Source: a virus. Taken from it: a DNA stretch of 64,000 bases. Numbering within the stretch: the first letter of the stretch is position 1; each line of letters begins with the position of its first letter. Positions 7,352 through 16,802 of this stretch are shown one piece after another. The stretch lies in the IMG/VR virus record IMGVR_UViG_3300042503_001836, positions 1 to 64,000 of that record. One strand, 5' to 3'. Made by a program: the position numbers and the translations under genes. The notes beneath the pieces are model-generated. The model worked only from the letters and a program-made list of their open reading frames with translations, did not search any database and was not told where the DNA came from.

Positions 7352-9673
7352 ATGTCTGTATTATCTGGAACGCAGTTAGACCTATTGTCATGCCTAAACG
7401 TCAGCAACGGCGTTGCTAAAATAGACAACCAAGAACCAATAGCGGATTATATATGGTTTGTCAGTCAGGATGCAGACATCACACCTGAACTATATGATTA
7501 CTGTGAAAAATTATTTACCAGCAACTTACTTGTATTAGATTTAGAAACCTACGGAGCAGAAATGCCTGAAAATGGGGAGTATAAAAGAAAACAAACTAAC
7601 GCCCAGTCATATAAGAAAGGCAAAACATCAGGATTACAGGAATTAGCATTATCTCCTATTTATGGAGATATTAGATTACTCCAGTTAGCATCATTAAGTA
7701 GTGATAAAGTTTTAGTTGTGGACTTCAAAACCAAATGGGATAGACCACAGCTATCTATAAAATATAAGGAATTTATTGATTATTTAATTGAGAAAATGAG
7801 AGAGTTTACCAAGCGTAAAGGTGTATTCATTGGGCATAATATAGGATTTGATCTAGGTTTTCTAAGGGCTAAATATGGTATTAAAACATGGAAAGCTTAT
7901 GACACTATGATTATGTCTCAACTACTATCAGCAGGTATCCTTACGCATAGGCATGGGTTAAAAGATTGTTGTTATCGTTACTTGGGTATAGATGTAGACA
8001 AGACAGAGCAACTAGCAGATAATAGTTTGCCATTAAGGAACGCACAGATCAATTATGCAGCGTCTGATATCGTTAATACAGGTGAGTTGTTTGTCAGATT
8101 AAGACAGGAAATTAAACTAGCTGAACTAGAAGAAGTAACAGAGATTGAGGCAAAGTTTACCCCGGCATTAGTAGAGATTAATTATTGGGGGATGCCTGTG
8201 GATTTAGGTGAGCTAAATAGACAAATTAATTGGTATAACAGAAAACTAATGGAACTTGATCAAGAGTTCCAACAAATCCATCCTGGTTTAAATATCCGAT
8301 CTAGTCAGCAAATAGCGGGTATTATTGCGCTTTTAAATAAAAGGGATGCTGAACAGGATGATGAGATTGGGGAACAAGTAGATAGCATTGAGACAGATGT
8401 ATTTAATGCTATTCAAACTGTTAAAGCTAAAGGTAGTAGTAAATCCGATTTAGCACTACTCAATGATCACCGTGTAGTGCAGCTAGTTGTAGACTTTAGA
8501 ACAGTTTCAATCTATCTCAACTACTGCCAACAAGTGAAGCAAGAAATAGTCTGGATTGAGGGAGTACCGCGTGTAAGTGGAAGTATTAGACAGCTAACCC
8601 GTAAAGGTCAAGGAAGGACTTGTTCAGGGAATAAAAACGCACCTGTTAAGTGTCAAGGTGTTAATATCCAGAACCCTCCGTCTTTAAAGAGTATTAATGT
8701 GAGATTGAAAGCTTGCGGATGTCCTAAAGTTAGGGATATTTTTAGGGCAAAGCAAATAGAACTAATCCCAAAGACAGAACTGAGGCTCATAGCTCAACAT
8801 GAATCACACGCTTTAGTTTGGTTGATGGATTTTAGGATTGTAGATGTTGACTTACCTGCTGCACATTTAGCTATCGCAACTTACATGAGTGGTGAACAAG
8901 ATGTAGAAAAGGGTGTAGATCGCCATGCTATTACAATGAAATGTGTTTTTGACTCCGTAGATAGTTATAAGGAGCATAGACACCTATCAATTAAGGACAT
9001 CACAGCCATTAATAAGAAGGATGATCATAACTTATTTAAAAAGTTTACAAAGATTAGGTCTATGTGTAAGAACGTCGTCTATTCTGGGCTTAACTTTGGG
9101 TCTGCTCCTACACTGCAAACAACTATAAAAACTAATAGTAATGAAGAGGTAGCTTTGCCTATTTGCGAAGCAATGACAGAAGCTTTTCCTGTTATTCTGC
9201 CTAAAATAGCAGAACTTAGGGAAATCCTGTGGAAGAAGGCAAACGATAATAAAATTTGTATTGACGGTCATTGGTATGGTACTTTTCAAGATGACTATGG
9301 AACGTATTCTACACCGGGTTATAGACGACGTATTTATTCGTTCTGCAAGACAAACAAAGCAGATCAACACTATGTCCCTAAAGGAGATATTGCAAATTGC
9401 TGGCTTGCAAGTGAATCAAGTAGCGTCAAAGTGGGTATAGCTACTATATATCAGCAAGGAGTATTTACTGAAAAGTTTGATTTAAGATTATCTTCTATTT
9501 GTCATGATGAGGTTGTTTTATTTTGTCGAAAATACCAGGATATTGAAGTAGCAGCTTTAACTCAAGATTCAATGAGACAAGGTTTAGAACACTTTACGGG
9601 TAATGGTAAAATACCATATCCTGATATGATGAAAAATCCTAGAAAATTAATTAGTGCTAGTTGGGAACATTAA
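7352..9673 (+). CDS. polA: Family A DNA polymerase with 3'-5' exonuclease domain
   Basis: Exonuclease motifs DLET, GHNIGFDL, YAASD; NIQNPP; motif A VDVDLPAAHL; motif B R...KN..Y; motif C CHDEV. Confidence 0.85.
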   Translation: MSVLSGTQLDLLSCLNVSNGVAKIDNQEPIADYIWFVSQDADITPELYDYCEKLFTSNLLVLDLETYGAEMPENGEYKRKQTNAQSYKKGKTSGLQELALSPIYGDIRLLQLASLSSDKVLVVDFKTKWDRPQLSIKYKEFIDYLIEKMREFTKRKGVFIGHNIGFDLGFLRAKYGIKTWKAYDTMIMSQLLSAGILTHRHGLKDCCYRYLGIDVDKTEQLADNSLPLRNAQINYAASDIVNTGELFVRLRQEIKLAELEEVTEIEAKFTPALVEINYWGMPVDLGELNRQINWYNRKLMELDQEFQQIHPGLNIRSSQQIAGIIALLNKRDAEQDDEIGEQVDSIETDVFNAIQTVKAKGSSKSDLALLNDHRVVQLVVDFRTVSIYLNYCQQVKQEIVWIEGVPRVSGSIRQLTRKGQGRTCSGNKNAPVKCQGVNIQNPPSLKSINVRLKACGCPKVRDIFRAKQIELIPKTELRLIAQHESHALVWLMDFRIVDVDLPAAHLAIATYMSGEQDVEKGVDRHAITMKCVFDSVDSYKEHRHLSIKDITAINKKDDHNLFKKFTKIRSMCKNVVYSGLNFGSAPTLQTTIKTNSNEEVALPICEAMTEAFPVILPKIAELREILWKKANDNKICIDGHWYGTFQDDYGTYSTPGYRRRIYSFCKTNKADQHYVPKGDIANCWLASESSSVKVGIATIYQQGVFTEKFDLRLSSICHDEVVLFCRKYQDIEVAALTQDSMRQGLEHFTGNGKIPYPDMMKNPRKLISASWEH

Positions 9674-9745
9674 ACAAAAAATAACCCGCTACCTGTAGAG
9701 TTTTGGTAGTGGGTTTTTTTCTGGGTAAGCTATATTATTTAATGA

Positions 9746-10900
9746 TTATACCACTGCTTTTTCTTTTATCCAAGGTAACATTTTTAATTTTGCACCAGCA
9801 GCATTTTCATGTCCGCCACCGTCTAAACTACGTGCTAATTTGCTAACATCGAAATTGTCGTATTTTTGTCGAGATCGAAAGCTTAATTTATACTCATTTC
9901 CTAAATTAATGTAAGTACAAACAAAAGGTGATTCTGGATTTTCAGTATATAGAATTTCCATCACTTCGTTATAGTAAAAAGCATCATGAGAATCTAACGG
10001 AGCGGCTAAAAACCTATATCCCCAAGCATTAACCCAATGTGCATTATTAGCTAATAACTGTGATCGTTCTCTCTTAGGTGCTAACAACATTTGACCTAAA
10101 GTTTCAAAATGGTACATCAAATCTTTTTGAGAAAAACTAGATAATCTTGTCATTTCACTAATAATTTGATTCCTAGTTAGTCCATGCCGAATATGCCCAA
10201 AAGCTTCGTTTATTTCCTTAGATTTAGGTTGTAACCACTGCCATAAATCTCTATCCTGGACATATAATAAAAACGCTGGCACGGGTTCATCAGGAAAGAA
10301 ATATTCCCAAGTTAAAACTGCACCACATTTATAAATATCAAAGTTTAGATCACCATCTGAGAAGTATTTAAACAGTTGGTTAACACTGGTCACACTGCAA
10401 AACCTTTCAAGATAGTTATCAATATCCCGATTATTTAAAATATCAGTCCAGATATTTGTTAACTTAGCAAATGCTATAAAGTCTCTTAATATATGTACAT
10501 CCGTAGCAACTATTAACGATTCTTGATAGGATTCTAAGTAAGCTACTAACAAATGTTTAAGCGTGACTATAGTATGTTCATGTACTTTATCAACCAAAGT
10601 TTTATGATGATCAATCAGGATGATTTGGCAACCGCGATTACGCCACTGGTTTAGGACTTCTAACTCAAAACTAAAATCAACAATAATCAGTAAGTCACCA
10701 TCATTCACTATTGGTAAATCTGACTGATAGGTACAGCCAACTAGATCCGCAGTAGGGTATTTTCTTAAAGCTACCCAAGCGGCTGCGATACCATCTGGAC
10801 AATCTAACCCAGCGCGGACTCTCTTACCATCTCTATAAACATCAGGTTTGATTTGATGATAAAGAATTTTAATTTTACTATCTATTTTACGCCGTGTCAT
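9746..10900 (-). CDS. DHH-family phosphoesterase
   Basis: DCPDG, IVDFS, IDHH, DRDLW, SFRS, GGGHENAAG. Confidence 0.9.
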   Translation of the reverse strand: MTRRKIDSKIKILYHQIKPDVYRDGKRVRAGLDCPDGIAAAWVALRKYPTADLVGCTYQSDLPIVNDGDLLIIVDFSFELEVLNQWRNRGCQIILIDHHKTLVDKVHEHTIVTLKHLLVAYLESYQESLIVATDVHILRDFIAFAKLTNIWTDILNNRDIDNYLERFCSVTSVNQLFKYFSDGDLNFDIYKCGAVLTWEYFFPDEPVPAFLLYVQDRDLWQWLQPKSKEINEAFGHIRHGLTRNQIISEMTRLSSFSQKDLMYHFETLGQMLLAPKRERSQLLANNAHWVNAWGYRFLAAPLDSHDAFYYNEVMEILYTENPESPFVCTYINLGNEYKLSFRSRQKYDNFDVSKLARSLDGGGHENAAGAKLKMLPWIKEKAVV

Positions 10901-10959
10901 TGTTTTGTTTCATAAGTGTGTTATACTATTATAGTAAAATAAGTGTAATAGCAAATAAT

Positions 10960-11697
10960 ATGGATAAGATTGCTGTCCTCAATAAATGCACAGTAGAAGG
11001 TAATGTTGTCAAGTTGCCTGACATACAGTTAGAGCGTGACACATATTTAGAAGTCAAAAAATCCTTAGAACTTATTGGTGGTAAGTGGAAAGGTGGCAAG
11101 GTCTATGGTTTTGTGTTTCAACAAGATCCCACAGAACTATTAGAAGCAATAGCATCTGGTGATAGAAGAAACTTAAAAAAAGAGTTTCAATTCTTTGCTA
11201 CTCCATCTCCAATAGCAGATGAATTAGTAGTTTTAGCAGACATTCAGGAGCAACATTCAATATTAGAACCTAGCGCGGGTCAAGGCGCGATAATACAAGC
11301 AATCAGCCGATTTAATAGTAATATAACAAAAGTTGATTGCTTTGAATTAATGGATTTAAACAGACAAATACTGTCAAAAATACCAAAAGCTAATATATTA
11401 GGTGATGACTTTTTATTAGCTGATATTCAACAACAATATGATCGAATCATAGCTAACCCACCGTTTACTAAAAATCAGGATATTATTCACATAAGAAAAA
11501 TGTATGACTACTTAAAACCTGGTGGTAGGTTAGTTACTGTTTCCTCAAAACATTGGAGTTTTGCTGATGATAGTAAACCAAAAGAGTTCCGATCTTGGTT
11601 AGAGTCCTTAGATCATCAAGTAATCACCAATGAGCCTGGAGTTTTTAAAGAAAGCGGCACAAGTATTCCAACGCTAACTATCATTATTAATAAGTAA
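10960..11697 (+). CDS. SAM-dependent DNA N6-adenine methyltransferase
   Basis: FFATP, LEPSAGQG, IIANPPF, FKESGT. Confidence 0.85.
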   Translation: MDKIAVLNKCTVEGNVVKLPDIQLERDTYLEVKKSLELIGGKWKGGKVYGFVFQQDPTELLEAIASGDRRNLKKEFQFFATPSPIADELVVLADIQEQHSILEPSAGQGAIIQAISRFNSNITKVDCFELMDLNRQILSKIPKANILGDDFLLADIQQQYDRIIANPPFTKNQDIIHIRKMYDYLKPGGRLVTVSSKHWSFADDSKPKEFRSWLESLDHQVITNEPGVFKESGTSIPTLTIIINK

Positions 11698-11742
11698 GAA
11701 TAAATAGGGGATTAATTATTAATCTATTAGTCTCCTATAAAA

Positions 11743-12102
11743 CTAGCTGACTCTAATAAACCTTGGGTAATCACTACCATCAATTATTCCTAAAAACTCA
11801 TCTAATGGTCGCGCCCACATTTGTGGATAGTCAGGATCTACTCGCTGGTAAATTACATAATCACCTTCTAAGCAATCATCAGTATATACCTCATGCTCAT
11901 AGACTAAAGCAGTCTTATTGTTTTCGTAGGCTATGAGACATTCATAACCTGTTTCATGATGTTTAATACCGTCGGTTGTTATATCAAAATCATCTGAATT
12001 TGTTCCTGAAATTGTCCGTCCAGTGACAAATAATATTTTGTAATTATTACCTTTGAAGTGTTGCCATATCTGTCCGGGTTGTGGGGTTCTTTCTAGTTGC
12101 AT
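11743..12102 (-). CDS. DUF1653-like protein
   Basis: G.WQHFKGN.Y, HHET, VIYQ, MWARPLDEF, PRF. Confidence 0.8.
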   Translation of the reverse strand: MQLERTPQPGQIWQHFKGNNYKILFVTGRTISGTNSDDFDITTDGIKHHETGYECLIAYENNKTALVYEHEVYTDDCLEGDYVIYQRVDPDYPQMWARPLDEFLGIIDGSDYPRFIRVS

Positions 12103-12124
12103 AATATAGCCCTTGAAATTGTGA

Positions 12125-12524
12125 AACCCTAGAGATATATCCTTTCTCCAGGGTCGTGTACTTATTTACCAAAGGTAATTTCAGCGCGTTATTTGTTAAA
12201 TCTAACTCTTTTAAAAAAGAGTATTTATTTTTGTGAACTAACTTTTTGATTTCCGGTTGCCACTATTCATGCTTAGACCAGGCGATTTACCACTTATCCA
12301 CTTTGGCATAAAAGCCAAAGACGGGATTTGAACCCGTGTCTCCAAATGTCTTGATAGTGGACGTTGACGTTAGCCGCGCTGTTTTAACTTGAGTCTGTAA
12401 AATAGTTTAAATATTAAACTAAATCTAAAAAGCGTCTCTACCAGTTGGACTACCTGCGGGTAAGTCCGCAGGGTGGGATTTGAACCACACACTTTACTTT
12501 TGTTTTTAGACTCAACTTAAAACA
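12125..12524 (-). ncRNA. Structured RNA with two circularly permuted tRNA-like modules
   Basis: Modules 12432-12490 and 12281-12337 each read T-arm (GGTTCAAATCCC), 7-bp stem closed by a 6-nt loop, then D-arm (NTGGTA); long enclosing helices. Confidence 0.75.
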
Positions 12525-13256
12525 TTATACATCAAAAAGATAAGAAAAAACAGGTGTTGCTACATCTTTTTTCACAACTTCTATAGAGTTAGCTGTTTCC
12601 CTAGCAAACACAACTGCACGAGATAACAGATCAACTCGCTTGACTAATTCGTTTTGATGTGATCTTGTAATCGCCCCGGTAAATTTAACAGTTTTCCATT
12701 TACCTTCAGGAATATCTTCGGATACTTCTTTAACCTGTGCAGGGTGTTCCTTAGTAGCGTCATACAAAACAACAGGCTTAACTACTCGCTTTGTTTTAGT
12801 AGTGTACTTTGGTTCTGTGGAATAGCAGTCTAACTGACTGTTTTTAATCCATTCCTCAGAAATATCCTGTATGGGTAAAGACAATACAAATGTTTTAATA
12901 TCTGTAAGCTGTTTTTCAAGAAACAAGAGATAAGACACAGGAACAGCAGATAGAATGACACTATCACCAACAACGACATCAGCAATAGCTTGAGTATTCC
13001 CCCAATCCTGAGTAGCCGCGACATTAAACAATTCAGTTAACGCTTCTGAGAATTGTTTGATTAGATCCTCAGATTTAAGTTGTAAGTTGTTTTGCTCTGA
13101 TGGGTAGACAAAACCATCTTCCTGAGCAGGTTCATAAGTGCGAGAAATACCGGAAAATAGATCGGATTTTTGAGCTAATTGATAGATTTTAGTGGTGGCT
13201 TTCTTGGCATCAGCCTTCACGCTGTTAAGGATAGCAATTGCTTGATTAAGTTTCAT
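12525..13256 (-). CDS. Conserved helical hypothetical protein directly upstream of the tRNA-like RNA
   Basis: 243 aa; KLNQ.IA, GISRTYEP, VPVSYLLFLEKQL, YDATKEHPAQV, AREAN-like motifs. Confidence 0.85.
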   Translation of the reverse strand: MKLNQAIAILNSVKADAKKATTKIYQLAQKSDLFSGISRTYEPAQEDGFVYPSEQNNLQLKSEDLIKQFSEALTELFNVAATQDWGNTQAIADVVVGDSVILSAVPVSYLLFLEKQLTDIKTFVLSLPIQDISEEWIKNSQLDCYSTEPKYTTKTKRVVKPVVLYDATKEHPAQVKEVSEDIPEGKWKTVKFTGAITRSHQNELVKRVDLLSRAVVFARETANSIEVVKKDVATPVFSYLFDV

Positions 13257-13520
13257 AATTCAATGGAGTCTGTTGTTTCAATAGTATATCTTGTTTTGTG
13301 TAAAGTTGTTTCAATCCAAACGTAAAATAGCATTAATAAAAATATAAATACTTATTAATGTAATAAATACTCTTTCAGAATATTACAGCTTGTTTGGATG
13401 CCATAATATTTATCCCAAGAAATATCAGCATGAGTTCCTGTATCAATCCAGACCTTGATACAAAAAGATGATATAAACTCATGACTCCATCCATCATGAG
13501 TTAGGCTGTTAGATATAGAA

Positions 13521-13784
13521 CTAAAGCGTTTTGATAGTTGAGTTTGATTCATGTTGTGAGTTAAGATCCGATTTTAGTTTTACGTAGTCATTAAAGGGCT
13601 TGGTGAGCGAAGAATCCTTTAATAACAAGGCTTTGAAGTCTCTACTAGCGTGAGCGTTGGAGAGCGAAACTAAAGTAGCAATTTGCGGTACACCTACGTA
13701 GTAGTTACCTTGCTCATCCATTAAACCATCAATAACAAAGAAACCGAATGGGACTTTTTCTGTCTTAGCTGCTAAAATAGTCAT
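13521..13784 (-). CDS. Antirepressor-like N-terminal DNA-binding fragment, possibly truncated
   Basis: IDGLM..G.YYV.VPQIA...ASRDFKALL pattern; overlaps the 13355-13552 ORF in another frame. Confidence 0.45.
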   Translation of the reverse strand: MTILAAKTEKVPFGFFVIDGLMDEQGNYYVGVPQIATLVSLSNAHASRDFKALLLKDSSLTKPFNDYVKLKSDLNSQHESNSTIKTL

Positions 13785-13964
13785 AGTTGCCTACTTTGCT
13801 TAAATGGATTAGGTGACTCCCATCTGATAAAACATTTGAGGCGTGCTACCGTCTCATCTGTTTGATGGGTGAATATGATTTGATTATTGTAGCATTAAAA
13901 TATAAAATATGTGAGATGTTATAGAGTGTATAGCAATACAATAAACATTGATCAACAGAACACA

Positions 13965-14240
13965 ATGAAACAACGAGTAAAACAAATGGAAGATCACCAC
14001 GACACAGGCTTTATAGTTTTGTCCGCAGTTAGGTACGCTATGGGTAGACGTAGTTATGCTGTTGGATTGATTATTGATTGGGTACAACATTTTTGGGATA
14101 AACTTACGCCTAATGATAAGGAATGTATTGCTAGAGATGTTAAAAGATTTGTGGAAAGTGATTACTCAAAAGGCGATGATTGTGATCAACGTGATTGGGA
14201 GAATTTTAATATTTGGATTGCAAGTAAAATAAATACTTGA
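13965..14240 (+). CDS. Hypothetical phage protein
   Basis: SAVRYAMGRRSY...DW motif; ATG after an AACA-rich leader. Confidence 0.65.
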   Translation: MKQRVKQMEDHHDTGFIVLSAVRYAMGRRSYAVGLIIDWVQHFWDKLTPNDKECIARDVKRFVESDYSKGDDCDQRDWENFNIWIASKINT

Positions 14241-14276
14241 CATAGATAAAACAATTTGATATATCTAATCTAGATG

Positions 14277-14309
14277 AAATAATCCCTAATCTATATTAGG
14301 GATTGAAAG
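14277..14309 (+). repeat. Host-type (Nostocales I-D-like) CRISPR-repeat-like hairpin
   Basis: AAATAATCCCTAATCTATATTAGGGATTGAAAG resembles TAATCCCTATTAGGGATTGAAAC-type repeats, with an extended stem; TTGACA at 14237. Confidence 0.55.
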
Positions 14310-14364
14310 ACATTAAAGGTTAAAACAATGCGTAAAACCAAACAAAACAGCACTAACATTGTGT

Positions 14365-16574
14365 GTTTCAATCCAACTCCCTATTAAGGGAGTATTTATA
14401 CCCTTTTTTCTGATTCTCTTGCAATATTCCACATATGTTTCAATCCAACTCCCTATTAAGGGAGTATTTATACGCTAGATGGCAGTGGTGGTCGGATCTC
14501 CAAGCTAGTGTTTCAATCCAACTCCCTATTAAGGGAGTATTTATACTTCCAAATAATGTTATCAGGGCTATTTTTAGCGATAACTATTAACGTTTCAATC
14601 CAACTCCCTATTAAGGGAGTATTTATACCTTATATAAATTAGATGGAATGTTCAAAAACAGGTTTCAATCCAACTCCCTATTAAGGGAGTATTTATACGC
14701 CCCAAGTGACTGCCTATTATCATCCCAGAAGGTTTCAATCCAACTCCCTATTAAGGGAGTATTTATACTTTAATGGATCAAGGTTTTTGCCCGGCAATGA
14801 ACATTGTTTCAATCCAACTCACTATTAAGGGAGTATTTATACTTTAACATTGTTTTTCTGTTCCTATTTGATAAACTTGTTTCAATCCAACTCCCTATTA
14901 AGGGAGTATTTATACCAAAATTTACACAATCTGAAAGAAGTAATTATGTGTTTCAATCCAACTCCCTATTAAGGGAGTATTTATACCTCTTTAGGCAAGA
15001 TCGACACTCTAGTGCCATCGGTTTCAATCCAACTCCCTATTAAGGGAGTATTTATACGTCGCCAGAACTGGTAATACACCTTTCTAGTTTCAATCCAACT
15101 CCCTTAATAGGGAGTATTTATACTAATAGATTGATCCAAGAACTTCAGGATCTAATCCTTGTTTCAATCCAACTCCCTATTAAGGGAGTATTTATACTTT
15201 GACGCTGGCAGTGATGATTTTAGTCAATCTTTAGGTTTCAATCCAACTCCCTATTAAGGGAGTATTTATACGATAATGTTTTAATGCTTTACCCTTCTTA
15301 CCATTAGTTTCAATCCAACTCCCTATTAAGGGAGTATTTATACCCACTTGCAGAAAAAAGAGAGTAGCGATCCTCAGTTTCAATCCAACTCCCTATTAAG
15401 GGAGTATTTATACCACAAGACGCATTTAATCTGATGCTTGATTTACACGTTTCAATCCAACTCCCTATTAAGGGAGTATTTATACTTCTTCTGGTAATTC
15501 TTCTGGACGGATACTCTTAGTTTCAATCCAACTCCCTATTAAGGGAGTATTTATACACAAGGTGAAAGATAACTGGACGTATTACCAACTTACGTTTCAA
15601 TCCAACTCCCTATTAAGGGAGTATTTATACGTAAAACAAATTAAACAAGTATCACCAAGCACTAAGTTTCAATCCAACTCCCTATTAAGGGAGTATTTAT
15701 ACAAAGAATACAGGAAATACACATTGACCATATATTTGTTTCAATCCAACTCCCTATTAAGGGAGTATTTATACAAATGTAGTGACTGTGGTAAATCTTT
15801 CAATGTTTAAGGTTTCAATCCAACTCCCTATTAAGGGAGTATTTATACTCAGATTGCTTAACTGGTTCAGATTGTTTAACTGGTTCAGTTTCAATCCAAC
15901 TCCCTATTAAGGGAGTATTTATACTGTCAAAATTAATTGATAAACCTTTAATATGTGGGTTTCAATCCAACTCCCTATTAAGGGAGTATTTATACTTACA
16001 TCGTATAACCCGGTGTATAAAGTAGTAGTTTCAATCCAACTCCCTATTAAGGGAGTATTTATACCATTAGTTGTTAGTTTAGGAATTGGCATCGAATCAC
16101 AGTTTCAATCCAACTCCCTATTAAGGGAGTATTTATACCTAAAGGTCAAATGGCAGTACATACTCGATAAGGTTTCAATCCAACTCCCTATTAAGGGAGT
16201 ATTTATACTCTACCCTATCCCACCAATCAGCCCCGGTAACGTTAAGGTTTCAATCCAACTCCCTATTAAGGGAGTATTTATACCGAATTAATTGGCCTAG
16301 TGAGACCGCAACCAATACGTTTCAATCCAACTCCCTATTAAGGGAGTATTTATACGTGCAACTGGAGAAATCGGCGAGCGCTCACCTGGAAGTTTCAATC
16401 CAACTCCCTATTAAGGGAGTATTTATACTTTCACTTCTTCAATTCTTAAATTAGCTGTTGTTCGTTTCAATCCAACTCCCTATTAAGGGAGTATTTATAC
16501 GGAAGGGGTGAATTAACTCAACGTCTTAACCCATCCTGTTTCAATCCAACTCCCTATTAAGGGAGTATTTATAC
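14365..16574 (-). CRISPR. CRISPR array 1: 31 repeats (37 nt), 30 spacers
   Basis: Repeat on minus strand GTATAAATACTCCCTTAATAGGGAGTTGGATTGAAAC; period ~72 nt; leader on the cas7 side. Confidence 0.98.
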
Positions 16575-16800
16575 TGCTGCACTCCAGAGTCCTTACTATA
16601 TTTAGTTTTCAAGGTTCAGTTGCGCGGATGGTATTATAATAGTCCATTTCAGAAATTGTGTCAAGGGGCGAAATAGCTGAAACCTTTGCTGTATAAGGTG
16701 CGCGGGTACTTATAATAGTAAAATGGCTGAAATTCTTATATATAAAGAATTTCAGCCATTTTATTCATTACTTATATTTTTACACCCACCCATCCGCGCA
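16575..16800 (-). promoter_or_regulatory. CRISPR leader 1
   Basis: Homologous to 22110-22336 (CCGCG.AACTGAACCTTGAAAACTAAATAT, TTGACACAATT, GCTGAAATTCTT...TTTCAGC). Confidence 0.85.
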
Positions 16801-16802
16801 AT

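Noticed and set aside
12281-12490. Conventional tRNA genes
   Set aside because: The T-arm precedes the D-arm, the acceptor stem is closed by a loop, and there is no anticodon arm or CCA. Reported as permuted tRNA-like modules instead.
14804-16291. ORFs inside array 1 (14804-15043, 15562-15810, 15953-16291)
   Set aside because: They are translations of CRISPR repeats (FQSNSLLREYLY / VSIQLPIKGVFI), not genes.
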